From: Balanoglossus misakiensis
Taxonomy: Eukaryota > Animalia > Hemichordata
Direction of reading: 5' to 3'
Length of the DNA stretch: 64,000 nucleotides
NCBI GenBank assembly: GCA_040954595.2
Contig: CM082591.2
Location: 8,236,047-8,300,046 of the forward strand
Made by a program: the position numbers and the translations under genes. Positions 37,843 to 49,902 of the stretch are shown piece after piece. Each line of letters opens with the position of its first letter. The first letter of the stretch is position 1. The notes beneath the pieces are model-generated. The model searched no databases and was not told where the DNA came from. It saw only the letters and a program-made list of their open reading frames with translations.

Positions 37843-39801
37843 ATGGCTGCTGCGTTTCCAGGAGGCTCCCAGTTAGACAAAGTTCTGAATGAGCATGGTG
37901 AGGATTTACTCTCCTGTGCTATCTGTCTGGAGCTGTTCAAGAAACCCAAAGTCTTGCCATGTGACCATTCATTCTGTGAGTCGTGTCTGACAAAGTTGGC
38001 GGAAGGAAAAGGTCAGTTGAACTGCCCTACATGCCGAGAGGTATGCCAACTTCCTGCTGGTGGAGTGCCTCAATTGAAAGGTAGCTTTTTCATCAACTCA
38101 TTGGTCGATCTTTATCAGAGACAAGGTCCCGAAGGACAGGCCAAGTCTATGTGCAGTGGCTGTGCAGATAATGGCGCAACTCACCAATGTATTGACTGCA
38201 GTGAAAGGCTATGCACTAACTGCACAAAATCACACCAGAAGTTTCTGAGAGGTCATAAGGTCATGACACTAGACGAATACAACAACACAAAATCGTCAAC
38301 TCTCCTGAAGCAAAAGAAAGTCTTCTGCAGTGTCCATCCAGAAAATGTGGTGAAATTCTACTGTGAGGGCTGTGAACTTATTGTGTGTACAGACTGTGCT
38401 ATTACCAAACACAACAAACATAACAACACAGATCTCCAAGATGCTGCAAATGACTACACCAAACAGTTGAGAGATCTGCTGTGTAAGGTGACAGAAAAAG
38501 AATGGGGAGTAAAGACAAGCACAACACTGGCCAAACTGAAGAGAGAGACACTGATGGTCGAATGCCAGGAGGAAGAACAGAAAGTGAGAAAGAAAACAGC
38601 AAAGGTCATACAGAAGGCACGGAGGGAGGAGAAACGGTTGATTGAAGAGCTGAAGACAAAATACGGACAGAGAGTAAAGCAGACTGAGGCTCTAATAGAT
38701 GAGTGGGAACTGAAACATGGTAACATTGCAAGCCAACGCTGCTACATAGAGACACTGATGCATCATGGGACACCAGCCCAGATCATGGCCACCAAGCAGG
38801 AGACAATAAATCACATGGAGGAAATAATCGCCATGGAGACAGAAATCGATGCCAGAGTGGACGTGGTGAAATTCCAGCCAGCTGAGGAGACCAAAGATGG
38901 AGGAATGCTGGGATTCCTTAGTGAAGATTCAGTGTCACTGTCAGTAGAGACAAAGAAAGGCTTGGTGAAGACCATTGGATGTAAAGGTAACAAAGGTGGC
39001 CAGTTCTATGGCCCTCATGGTATCAGTATTAACAGACACGGAAACTTTGTCACTGCTGAAGCAGGTAACAACAGAGTACAAATCACTGACAGGGATGGGA
39101 AATACAAATCAAGTTTCACATTTACTCAGTTTGCACAGCCTTTCACACCGTTCGATGTTGAAATATCAGCTGATGATGAATACTTCATGACAGACAGGTT
39201 TAACAAACAAATAGTTGTGAGTGATGAGAATGGGTCTCTGATCAAATGCTTTGGGAAAGAAGTCAAGAATCCCTCCCGAATTGCTATTAGTCCTGTAGAT
39301 GGAAGTGTGTATGTGAGTGATTGGGATGGAAAGATTGATGATGACACAGACAAAGAGGGTAACTGCATCAGGAAATACACACATGATTGTCAGTACATCA
39401 AATCATTTGGTGGTTTTGGCAGAGGACAGGGACAGTTCAGAGGGCCGGAGTTCTTGACTGTTGACAGTTGTGGAGTAGTGTTTGTATCAGACAAGAACAA
39501 CCCTCGCATTCAAGCATTTAATGCAGATGGTGAGTTCATGTTTGCATTTGGAGAATTTGGTGAAGGTGATGGTAAGCTTTATTGGCCAACAGGAATAGTG
39601 GCTGATAAAGCAGGATATCTGTATGTCAGTAACCAGGGAAACAACGAAGTGCAGAAATTTGACAAAAGAGGTAAATTCATCTGTCGCATTGATAAAGCTG
39701 AGGATGAGTTGAATATACCCCTAGGAGTAGCTGTGACAGATGACATGGAAGTAGTGGTTGCTGACTATGGCAACGGCTGCCTCAAAGTCTTTGCACAGTG
39801 A
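37843..39801 (+). CDS. TRIM-NHL E3 ubiquitin ligase copy 3 (652 aa, intronless)
   Basis: Intact paralog with a 2-aa insertion before the NHL domain and a divergent B-box2 patch. Confidence 0.95.
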   Translation: MAAAFPGGSQLDKVLNEHGEDLLSCAICLELFKKPKVLPCDHSFCESCLTKLAEGKGQLNCPTCREVCQLPAGGVPQLKGSFFINSLVDLYQRQGPEGQAKSMCSGCADNGATHQCIDCSERLCTNCTKSHQKFLRGHKVMTLDEYNNTKSSTLLKQKKVFCSVHPENVVKFYCEGCELIVCTDCAITKHNKHNNTDLQDAANDYTKQLRDLLCKVTEKEWGVKTSTTLAKLKRETLMVECQEEEQKVRKKTAKVIQKARREEKRLIEELKTKYGQRVKQTEALIDEWELKHGNIASQRCYIETLMHHGTPAQIMATKQETINHMEEIIAMETEIDARVDVVKFQPAEETKDGGMLGFLSEDSVSLSVETKKGLVKTIGCKGNKGGQFYGPHGISINRHGNFVTAEAGNNRVQITDRDGKYKSSFTFTQFAQPFTPFDVEISADDEYFMTDRFNKQIVVSDENGSLIKCFGKEVKNPSRIAISPVDGSVYVSDWDGKIDDDTDKEGNCIRKYTHDCQYIKSFGGFGRGQGQFRGPEFLTVDSCGVVFVSDKNNPRIQAFNADGEFMFAFGEFGEGDGKLYWPTGIVADKAGYLYVSNQGNNEVQKFDKRGKFICRIDKAEDELNIPLGVAVTDDMEVVVADYGNGCLKVFAQ

Positions 39802-42800
39802 AAGTGTTAGTGTCAGATCTCAATGTATCAACTGTACAGTAAAACCTGTTCTAACCGGACACCAAAGTGATTGAGAATATTGTTCGCTTTGCAGAGTTGT
39901 CTGGTTTACAGAGGGTTTTATGTGAAGGGCACTGGAAAGGATGTTCGGCATAGATAGGTTTCTAGATAAGACAGGGTTTGGTTTTAGACAGACTTGACTG
40001 TATTGCACGTAAATGTGGCTTTGATGTGAAGGTGATGGCTTAAAGGAACAAAGTCTCTCTCTCGCTGCCCTTCTTTCTTCATTCATTGTGTTTGATACAA
40101 GACACCATATATGTTAATGTAGACACAAAAGTGAAAAATCTCACAAAAATGAATAATCGGCCTCTACCATTTATTCGTTTTGGGTGAGTTTAACTCTCAT
40201 ATCCTACAAACGGGATGGAAGTTGTGTGTGGTCAAACGTTGATTCACTATATATCCACATGTACATTAACGTAAACGATGTCTTGTATCAAACATAATTA
40301 AGAAAAAGGGCAGCGAGAGACTTTGTCCCTTTAACCTGAATGCAAATAGACCATATCAGTTTGTTAAAGGCCCACTTTCTGCAAGATTTTTTTAGTATTT
40401 CTGTCTGTATATGAACTAAAGTTTTTATCATACTAACCCTTTATGAATATACCATACTAAAATGGCCACAGTTTGTCCAAAGAGCCTGTACCGGTATATG
40501 TGCAAAAATCATTATTATTGTTGATAAAGGAATTCAATTCAATTCAATATTCAACAATAATATTGGTATTTGTACACATATAGGCTGAACATTTCATCAA
40601 ATGCTGTAGGGATTTCAACAACAAACTGCAGTTGATACAAACAACGACAAAACAAGCAGACACTTGCTGTAACAAAAATCTTGAGATGACGACTAATATA
40701 TCGCTCAACTTCAGATTGCATCTGAAGTCACGCACATGAAACCAACTGTAGAATGACTTATGACGGCAAACTGGTTACCTGAGGTTCCTATTCTTCTGCA
40801 GAGACCATGTGCATACAACACTCTCACAACTATAGTTGACATTTCTGTTGGAATAGACAGATTTCTCCCAAAAGAGACATCTCTTTAATTAAGAGAACAA
40901 CCGGCCTCCATATTTGAAGGAGAAAAGTTTAACAAATTCTTGTACATGTAAGCCCAATTGGAAAGACTTATGACAACAAATTTGTAGGTTTCCAGAAATG
41001 ACAAATCTTTCCAAAGGGGTACATGCAAATCATACAGTATTCACATCAGCTGATATTATTTTATTGAAATATATAGATTTTGTGAACTTTCTGAGTATAC
41101 CAGTAACGTAACTAAAATTGCAAAATTTTAAAATAGTTTTGTGGTGTTATTTCAAGTTTACAAGTATCTTTAAAATAGATTTGTAATTCATGATGGGACT
41201 ATGCTACACTCAACAGTGGCAGAAATCAAAGAAATTTACTGAAAAAGCACTTTTTATGGAGTTTTCATCAGTTTTGCATTTTTTCTGTGACATATTGTCA
41301 ACCTTTACAATGTTTATAAGTAAAGCAAATTATGTCTTTTGTCTGATTGCCTTATTAACAGTTAACTGACTAACAATTCCACTGTTGCCAAGGTAACACT
41401 GATAACATGTTGTTTATTGAGTATGTCATGACCTTCTTGTTACTGTACAATTTTTGTCAGTAAAACATCACAGTGACTTTTCACCGACACAAATCTGACT
41501 ACACCCAGTTGAGGTCAGACCAAAATTGAGACAGATAACAACGAACACTACAACAGATCAACAAAGAAACATCTGAACATTGACTTGTATCTGTCACTTC
41601 TGGACATTTAATCTTCAGTTTTATTCAGTGCCACTAAGTCTTTGATATTTTGATGTCAACAGACAATTTTTACTTGATTTTTCATGTTTTTTTTAAAAGA
41701 CACAATGTATAATTCAGCTATATGACATGACCAGTGCTTTTTTTAGATCACTACATTTATTGAACATTTCCAAACGTTATTTTCGTGTAATTTTTTCGTG
41801 TACTTTTTTTTACTACAGTTCAGAGAACTTCCTTTTAAAACCCTTTCACCCCATTTCACAATATAAACGTCCAACATTGTAATTGTGAACAGTGGAGTTT
41901 GACCAAACCATGGTGATGAAAGGGTTAAAATTGCCACTCAACCTCAGATTTCCTTAGAATTATACCACCTGACGTGTGAAATGTACCATTTTTAAAAAGG
42001 ACGTTAACTGTAACTTTGGGCTATCTTTATAGTAAATGTGTTCTGTGTATGGAATTTTCTTCTTCTACTCACTACAGTGCTGCTAATATACCCAGTATTC
42101 ACCTCATCAACAAACCATCATCTTTGCTGTTGTTGACAAAGAAAATCTTGTGCAGACTTGAATTTAATTTGATACAACAACAATATTGACTTCACACACA
42201 TAGGCTGTGTTGATCAGCTAAATACTGGGCATTTCATCACCCATCAGGGATTTCAACAAGAAACTGAGGTACCGGTAGATACACAAAACAAAAATATTGA
42301 TGACATAGCCCAAAGTTACAGCCAATGGAGTTTTTGAGCAAATGATGGATTACATGGAACTTATTGACTGTAAATCAGTGGTTTTCTTGAACTTTACTTA
42401 GATTTTCCTGTTTTCAACAACTTTTTTGAACTTTTACAAGAAACAAGCGTGTTGTATTCACTTTATCTTTCTTGACTTTGGTTTTGATGACATTACTTAA
42501 AAGTTAATTCCCAAATAATCTGGACAACAAACATGCAAATTATTGAGAGATTTGGTTAACGATCGATATACACTTATTACACACAAATCCTGACAACAAA
42601 CATTACGGAGTTATTTGGTTGACTATATTTTGAACTACTGTATGTTAGTAATCATCAAGACATTTTATTTCTGTCTATGTGTCATATGAACATTGGAAAC
42701 CTTAACTTTAATTTACAAGCAAACAGCTTGGAATGTTTTGTAACCAGTTTTGAATTAATTCAGATTTCTTGATGAACGATTTATTCTTAGGTCACAAGTG

Positions 42801-44282
42801 GTCTTGACATAAATTAATCAGTGGACCACAATTTTCATAAATCAGTCTGATTTTTTTTTAATAACCAAGAATACATTGAAATCACATTCAGTTTGTGCAG
42901 ACTAACATCCAAAACATTCTGTAATGTGCAAGATTATAATATGTGGTGAATAAACAGGTTTTCATAATTTTATTACGTTTCATGTGTTTATATTTTTATA
43001 AGAAACCCCAAAGTTGGAGTTACTAGAGAATTAACACTACATTTTTGTGGAGAGACTGTGATTGTATTTTGCAATCACATAAGTCGATTGGATCTTCAGT
43101 GCAAAGGACTCAAATTGAAATTCACTTGCTGGGGTTGCAGATATAAAGGGGAGAACCGTTTGATTTCTGGAGGGGGGGGGGGGGTGGAGGATTTTTGAGG
43201 AAAACAATGTTGGCAGACGGTGTAGAGAAAATAAAATTCTTCTGCAGTGCCATGAGAAAAAACTAGGACTGGCAACAGAAAAAAAATTGCTGTTAAAGAG
43301 TGGCTAAAAAAATGCTGACATCCCCAAATCCTCCATTCCCCCCCCCCCCCTTTCAGAAATAAAATGGTTCTCCCCTAAAAGTTAACAAATGTAATCGGAG
43401 AGGGAAACCATACATGTACTGGCACATTTTTTGAAACATAAAAATCAGTATTACAGAAAATCACAAAATCTGGGTCCAATAATTAATAATATTTGTTCCA
43501 CGTAGTGTAGACAGAATTGTCACAATACAATCAGACAATGACTCACACAGGAACCTGCAATATAGGCCAACTCTCTTTGACACTTTGTCAAAGTTTGTAA
43601 TCGTTATCTTTAGTGTAAAGAATTGTCCATTGTGTGCTTCATAAACTTTTGACCTCAACTTGTGGGGTGGATAAAAGCCCAGCCTATTTACAACAGTGTA
43701 CTTGTCAAGATAAGAAATGAATAGAAATTACTGACTAACAATTTAATCCAAAATTGTTATCTCTAGAGTAAAGAATTTATATGCACATCAAATGAAACGA
43801 AACAAGTGTCACGTTCATAACAGTCGACCATAATTAAGTCTAAAAATAACTGTCCTTTAGGAAACAGATTTGGGTCACTTCCGCACTTAACTGGTACAAA
43901 TGTACCTGAATTTGGGCAGACTCGGATTTGAGGAGATTTGCTACCCTTTTGTGACCTTTGACCTTATTCAAATGGCAGATTTAAATAAGGGCTCGCTATT
44001 TCTACTGTTCATGGTTTTCTTGCGAGTTTTTTATTCACAAGAAGGGAAAATATTTTAATCATCAGAGACATCTTAACTATTTATTGGATGAGCAGAGGGT
44101 ACATGTACATTGGTGGTGGAGAAATAACCAGGGCGTGGCACTTCATGTGAAGGATCAACTAGGCCAACATTGAACACCATAAATGCGTCCACACACACGA
44201 AGTTCATTCGGTCCAGGTTTTATGTCTGCCCTGGTCCTCCCTTCATACAGAGACCAAACTAAATCGCCCCTGGGCCGACTTG

Positions 44283-46067
44283 GCATTGGTTTTTCTACAT
44301 CGGCCCTTGCCCAGCTGACAGAAATGTTTTGTTCTAAAACAGTTGACAACATACTGTAAAATGGGAAATTTACAGTTTTCTAGTTTTTCACCCTTTCATA
44401 CCTAGTTCTCTCTGTAGATGTCCACCTACCGGTATATCTTATGAAAAAATGGATTTGAAAGGAACAATTAAAGAAACCACCTCTGCACACCCTCAAATGA
44501 AACTTTTAAGAAATTGCGAAGTTGTTCAGGGAAGAAGATTTTCCAACTAAAAATGAGCAAAATGACAAAAAATTTACCAATAATAGCCCTTTTCTGATAT
44601 CACCAAAAAATGAATAAAAAAATATTTATAAGGTGGGTCTCAATAAAACTTAAAAGTACACACCAATTGTCAATGCAATATGACTTGTAGTTCTTGAGTT
44701 ACTGTGTTTTGACTAATTTCACATTTTCCAGCTCATTTACATATTTTTGGCAAAGACAACTTCATTTGAACAAAATCTAAAACCTGGCCGGCATCTACAC
44801 ACCAAATATCAAGGTGATACATGCAGCGGTTTTCAAGTTTTTTGATGTGGACGGCCATACATAATGTAACATACAGATCTATGCAAGTGATCTCATAAGG
44901 TCCCAATGGTCTATAAACATATATACCTAAAATATTTTAAAAATTGTCAAATGTGACTTTCAAATTTAATTACCACAACACGATTATTCCGAGCTCAGTA
45001 GTTGTGATCTGATAAGTACACACCAGGTATTTCTAATGTCTATAAATTCCAACGAACCCTGACACAACTAATAAAAAGACAACAATCTATTTAGAGGCGT
45101 TCCACAGAACTGTTGACAAGTTCCTGGTACAAACTAGTACCTGTCATTTTAACTATTCCAAGAGGGACACTTGACTATTACCATGTTTGACAAAGGATTC
45201 GAATTTCTACAATGTCTACAGGTCCTCACTGGGCATCAACATGTGACAAAAAAAACATTGCTTTGAATTTCTTGCTTCACATCACACAGTATACAAAGTT
45301 GCATTGTGGGTAAAAGAGTAACCACTTACAGTTTATCAATGATTATCTGTATTTCAAATAAACAGCAGAAAAGTTCTGTCTTTTCGCCATACAAAATTCA
45401 AATTATTCATTTTTCTCTTCTTTTTAGTATAATTGACCCCAAAGATGTGTTTAGCATTACTATTTCATTTAGATTTATTTATAACTGAGGCTGTGAAATT
45501 CTGGTTTATTTTTTACTTTTACCCGATTGGACTAGAGATCCTGATAACACATGCACAAATTTACCTGTAGTTTGGTGTCTATAAAGTCTGAAGCAGAAAG
45601 TGTCAAGATGTTTATCAAGATATGTTTAATTTACCTGTAATGAAGAACTGACTGAGGTCGTCAATCTTAGGGTTTTGGAATGTTTGTGGAGCCTTGTTTC
45701 AATTTTGGCTATTACACTCATAAGGTGAGTAAAGCTTGTTCAATCGATAATCTGTCACACACTCAGCAGTCCTCGTTAAAAAAAGATTAATTACTTTCTG
45801 GCCAACCTACTTCAGTGACAGAAGCATACAGACAATTTTAAAACATGGATTTCAAGAAAAAAATTCTGATGGCATCCTTTGTATATATTTGAGGATAAGT
45901 ACCTAATTTGTGGGACATATTGTCAACCTTTACAATGTTCATAAGTAAAGCAAAGTATATATTTTGCCCAATTGCTACATTAACAGTTAGCTAACAATTC
46001 CACTGTTGCCAAGGTAACACTGATAACATGTTGTTTATTGAGTATGTCATGACCTCCTTGTTACTGT
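44283..46067 (+). repeat. Single copy of the ~1.77-kb monomer (unit 3)
   Basis: Same start and end markers, one copy only. Confidence 0.88.
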
Positions 46068-46144
46068 ACAATTTTTGTCAGTAAACATTGCAGTGACTTT
46101 TCACCGACACAAATCTGACTACACCCAGTTGGGGTCAGACCAAT

Positions 46145-47478
46145 CAATCTGCACGATAGCCCCCAACTTCCCGATAGCCCCCAACTTCTGGTACCTATGA
46201 ATGCTGGATAATATGCGCAACAGAGGCGTTATCCATGCGCGTAATTGAAAGTAAACAAAAGCCAGCAATATTTGGCGAATTTAAGTTACGGTTTTCTCGT
46301 AAACTAGAAAATGACTTACTATTATGAGGATGGGAGGTGTCGACTGCATGTCTGACGAACGTTGTACAGTAATTTGTTGTTAAATATACATTTTTCAAAA
46401 CATATTTTTTCACTCTCGATTGAAGGTTGCTAAAATTCCTTAATTTGAAGCATACTCGACTTTCAACATTTGTGCTTTTTTGTCTAAAGACGGGATTGCC
46501 GATTTATGTGGATTAAACGTGCCTCAGTATGTAAATAAACGAAAATAAGGTCAACTGGGTTCACTGAGCGCGCTTGCTGTCGGCAGAAATGTAGCCAATT
46601 TACGTTAGTCGATATTGGGCAAAATCTGAATATTTTGTCAATTTTAGGGCAAAACCTTGGTCTTGGCGTCACCTCTGTGCAAAAAAAGGCTGCTACTATC
46701 GTGTTCGGGAAGTCATGGACTGTCCCGGTAAGCGGGTCCTATGATGCTGCCGGTTCCGTAGGATTCCTCAGCGCGTGACCAAATAGAGAGTACATTTTCC
46801 GGGGGATTGACAGGCCTCTCTTTGATATGTTGTACTTTTTGGTCTAAAAATCATATCGGCAATCTTGTATGAAAAATACGCCCTTCTGATATTACCTCTC
46901 ATTCCAAAATAGTCAAATGTGCAGTCAAGTTGTAAGATGTGCCCGTAGTATAATATAAATATGAGGCAAAAATATAGAAAATGCTATTATTTTTGAGTCC
47001 ATTTTGTTCGAACGTTTGAGCCATTAGGTTTGAGCCATCGGTTTACCGCCTACCGAGATTTTGTTTTGAAACGCGCGAGTTTGAAGACATGCATTGATTG
47101 ACACACGCCAGATTTCGGTCATGTGAGCATTTAGCGCCGCATTGTCCAATCCAGTTTTATTTTCTTAAATGCAGCATGTCATTTGTCACTCCCCTTAAAG
47201 TTTTGCATTGGCAGATATGCCCAAATATGGTAAGAAATGGGCGTAAAAGTCAAGTCTGGTGACATGGCGGGAAATTCTCACGTGTGCAGATCAACTCAAT
47301 AATAATGTCATATGATACCATAGAGCTGCGTCTATTGGTTGAAAGTGGCAGGTCATGCATAATGAGCGTCTGTGCACGGCAGATCATTTGCTCATTCATG
47401 TGAGGCAGACTAATACGGAAGTATCGCCTCGATGTTCTTAGCTAATTGTACTTTTAGTTCGGGTTGAATTTAGAGGTA
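46145..47478. mobile_element. Third copy of the junction TIR element, truncated on the right
   Basis: Left end present; homology stops at ...gaatttagaggta. Confidence 0.72.
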
Positions 47479-47788
47479 TATAAAGGTCCAATACTGCCAT
47501 CAACAAACCATCATCTTTGCTGTTGTTGACAAAGAAAATCTGGTGCAGACTTGAATTCCATTTGATACAACAACAATATTGACTTCACACATATAGGCTG
47601 TGTTGATCAGCTAAATACTGGGCATTTCATCCCCCATCAGGGATTTCCAACAAGAAACTGAGGTACTGGTAGATACACAAAACTAAAATACTGATGACAT
47701 AGCCAAAAGTTACAGCCAATCACGATCACTCCACATTATACAGTGACCGTGAGACAATGGAGTTTTTGAACAAAGGATGGATTACATG
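47479..47788 (+). repeat. Relic of a TRIM-downstream segment (probable collapsed fourth unit)
   Basis: ataaaggtccaatactgcc plus atcaacaaaccatcatctttgctg...ggattacatg match 11641/11890-12060, 26957-27460 and 42106-42357. Confidence 0.8.
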
Positions 47789-47887
47789 CAATCTGATTAA
47801 AATCAGATGTAGGGAACGGCGACGTGTTTCATAAAAAACACATGTCGCTGTTCCCTAGTGCAGCTAATTCATGATGATTGTACTTAC

Positions 47888-47960
47888 ATATTCACATCCA
47901 TTTCCAATGGAAATTCCTTGAGCGCCATTCTCACCAAGTCTTCCTAAATGCGCCCAACAA
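47888..47960 (-). CDS. Astacin protease exon 4
   Basis: (G)CWAHLGRLGENGAQGISIGNGCEY matches the GCWSxxG...QxISIGxGC segment that precedes the Zn motif. AG acceptor, GTAAGT donor, phases 2/0. Confidence 0.93.
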
Positions 47961-48540
47961 CTGTCAACACAATTCAATCCAAACTAAGCATCAGGTTTAT
48001 TTGTTATTTGTTGAAACAGTGAGTTTAGGCCAAAGTAAGTAAATTCTTTGTTTTGTGTCCACGCACCCATAGGTTTTTTGGAGGTTTTGAGAAAAACGTA
48101 AACACACACAGTTTTCTTGGGAAATTTTGCTCAGACACAATATTGTGTCACAAAAATAAGTCATGACTTTCAGCTCATAGTCTCTCTCTCTCTCACTGCC
48201 CCTTTTTCCATTTATTATGTTTGATACAAGACACTGTTTATGTTATTCTACATGTGGATATATAGTGAATCAACGTTCGACCACACACACCTTTCATCTC
48301 GCTTGGAGACACGAGAGTGAAACACTCGCCAAAATGAATAATCGGTCTCTACCGTTTATTCATTTTGGCGAGATTTTTGCTCTCATATCCTACAAATGGG
48401 GTGGAAGTTACACATACGTCTTGTATCAAATATAATTAATGGAAAAAAGGGCAGCGAGAGAGATACTTTGTCCCTTTAACAGACTGACTTAAAATTTGGG
48501 CCAAAACGAAAATTCTGAACCCAGTAAATTGTGAACTTAC

Positions 48541-48673
48541 CCACTTCCTTTGATAAATCTGACATGACTTCGAGGAATGTCAGTGGCATACTCATTATAT
48601 TCTGTAAATTGTAAACATGTGTGTTCCTGCCAGTGATCTATAGCTTGTCTAATCAGGGCACTTGTGCCAATGT
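48541..48673 (-). CDS. Astacin protease exon 3
   Basis: (D)IGTSALIRQAIDHWQEHTCLQFTEY...HVRFIKGS(G). Typical astacin WxxxTCLxF motif; phases 1/2 fit the neighbouring exons. Confidence 0.93.
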
Positions 48674-49902
48674 CTAGAAAAAACAAACAATTATATATAT
48701 TGATTAATAATAGGTGACAACATGCCATATGCAAATGTCAGTAATAATTTAATTACTGTAAAACAGGAAATTTTTGTGAACGATAAATTTTCGCAAACTA
48801 CGTGAGAGCCAAAAACACGCCACAATAATAAAGTCGCGTAAAAATATTTTTGGGAGATAACGATGCAGTAAAATACAAGGACACAAAAATTAATAGTCCC
48901 GTAACAGTTGCCGGATTTGATATTGCAAAAAAATTCTTGTTTTACAGTATTATCTACCACCGGTAGTAGAGTGCGTAAAAAAGTCTATAATGCAGCAAAT
49001 TTGATAAAGATCCTATACAACACAATGTTATAGTACTGTTTCATGATTTTCTGAATTATCACCAGTGTGGTCTTAATTATAACATTCCACAAGTACAGCG
49101 CCAACACGTTACATTGTTATTGTATTGTTATTTACTAGGTGTGTGTGTTTGCTGTTTATTGACTCTTGTCTCGTCTCGATAATAAATGGTTGCACTTCAT
49201 TGCACGTCAAGTTGGTCTGTGTTTATTGCCACAGTAACCATGACTATGCAACATGGACATTAAAATTTTTCTGCCATCTTTAACTTTATCTCAACTTTTG
49301 TCAAAAAAATTTGCACGACCACATCCTATTTTTCTTTAAAATGATTTGACATATTTCTAACAAATTATCTGTCAAGTTTCTAAAAAAAGTCTGGAAGTGG
49401 TGTAAAAATTATAGCAAAAAGGATTTTTAGACAATTTCTGTGTTTAACAGTGGAAATGATGTGCGATTATCATGCTAAACAAGACAAATTAATCTCAAAA
49501 TTGCTAAAAATAAAATTATTCATTTATACTTTTAGATTCTAGAAAAAATATGACTTATATAATATTTATGAAGCTGTTTTACAAAGATCTACGAAAACTG
49601 GCAAAACCTTAGAGATTTGATCGATAGAGGGCGCTTTCCCCCAAAATCTAGCTGGTAGAAATGGCTGGTTGACCTTTTTGATTTCAAGGTGCATTCTATG
49701 TAAATTAACAGCTAAGTTTCACCGTCATTGTATCTTTGTATGTATGAGAACTATAAACAAAATTCAGGATTATATTAGTGCAAAAAAGTGTAACTTAGAA
49801 AATTAGACAATTCCACCAATATATGGCAATAGACAGTCCAGACACGATGTGGACTAAACATTTGATGTGTAAATATTGCTGGTAGTGCCTAGTGGTACTA
49901 AC

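Larger units (their letters stand above)
37624..47478 (+). repeat. TRIM segmental duplication unit 3 (~9.9 kb)
   Basis: Same segments, but only one 1.77-kb sub-repeat and a truncated junction element. Confidence 0.88.
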
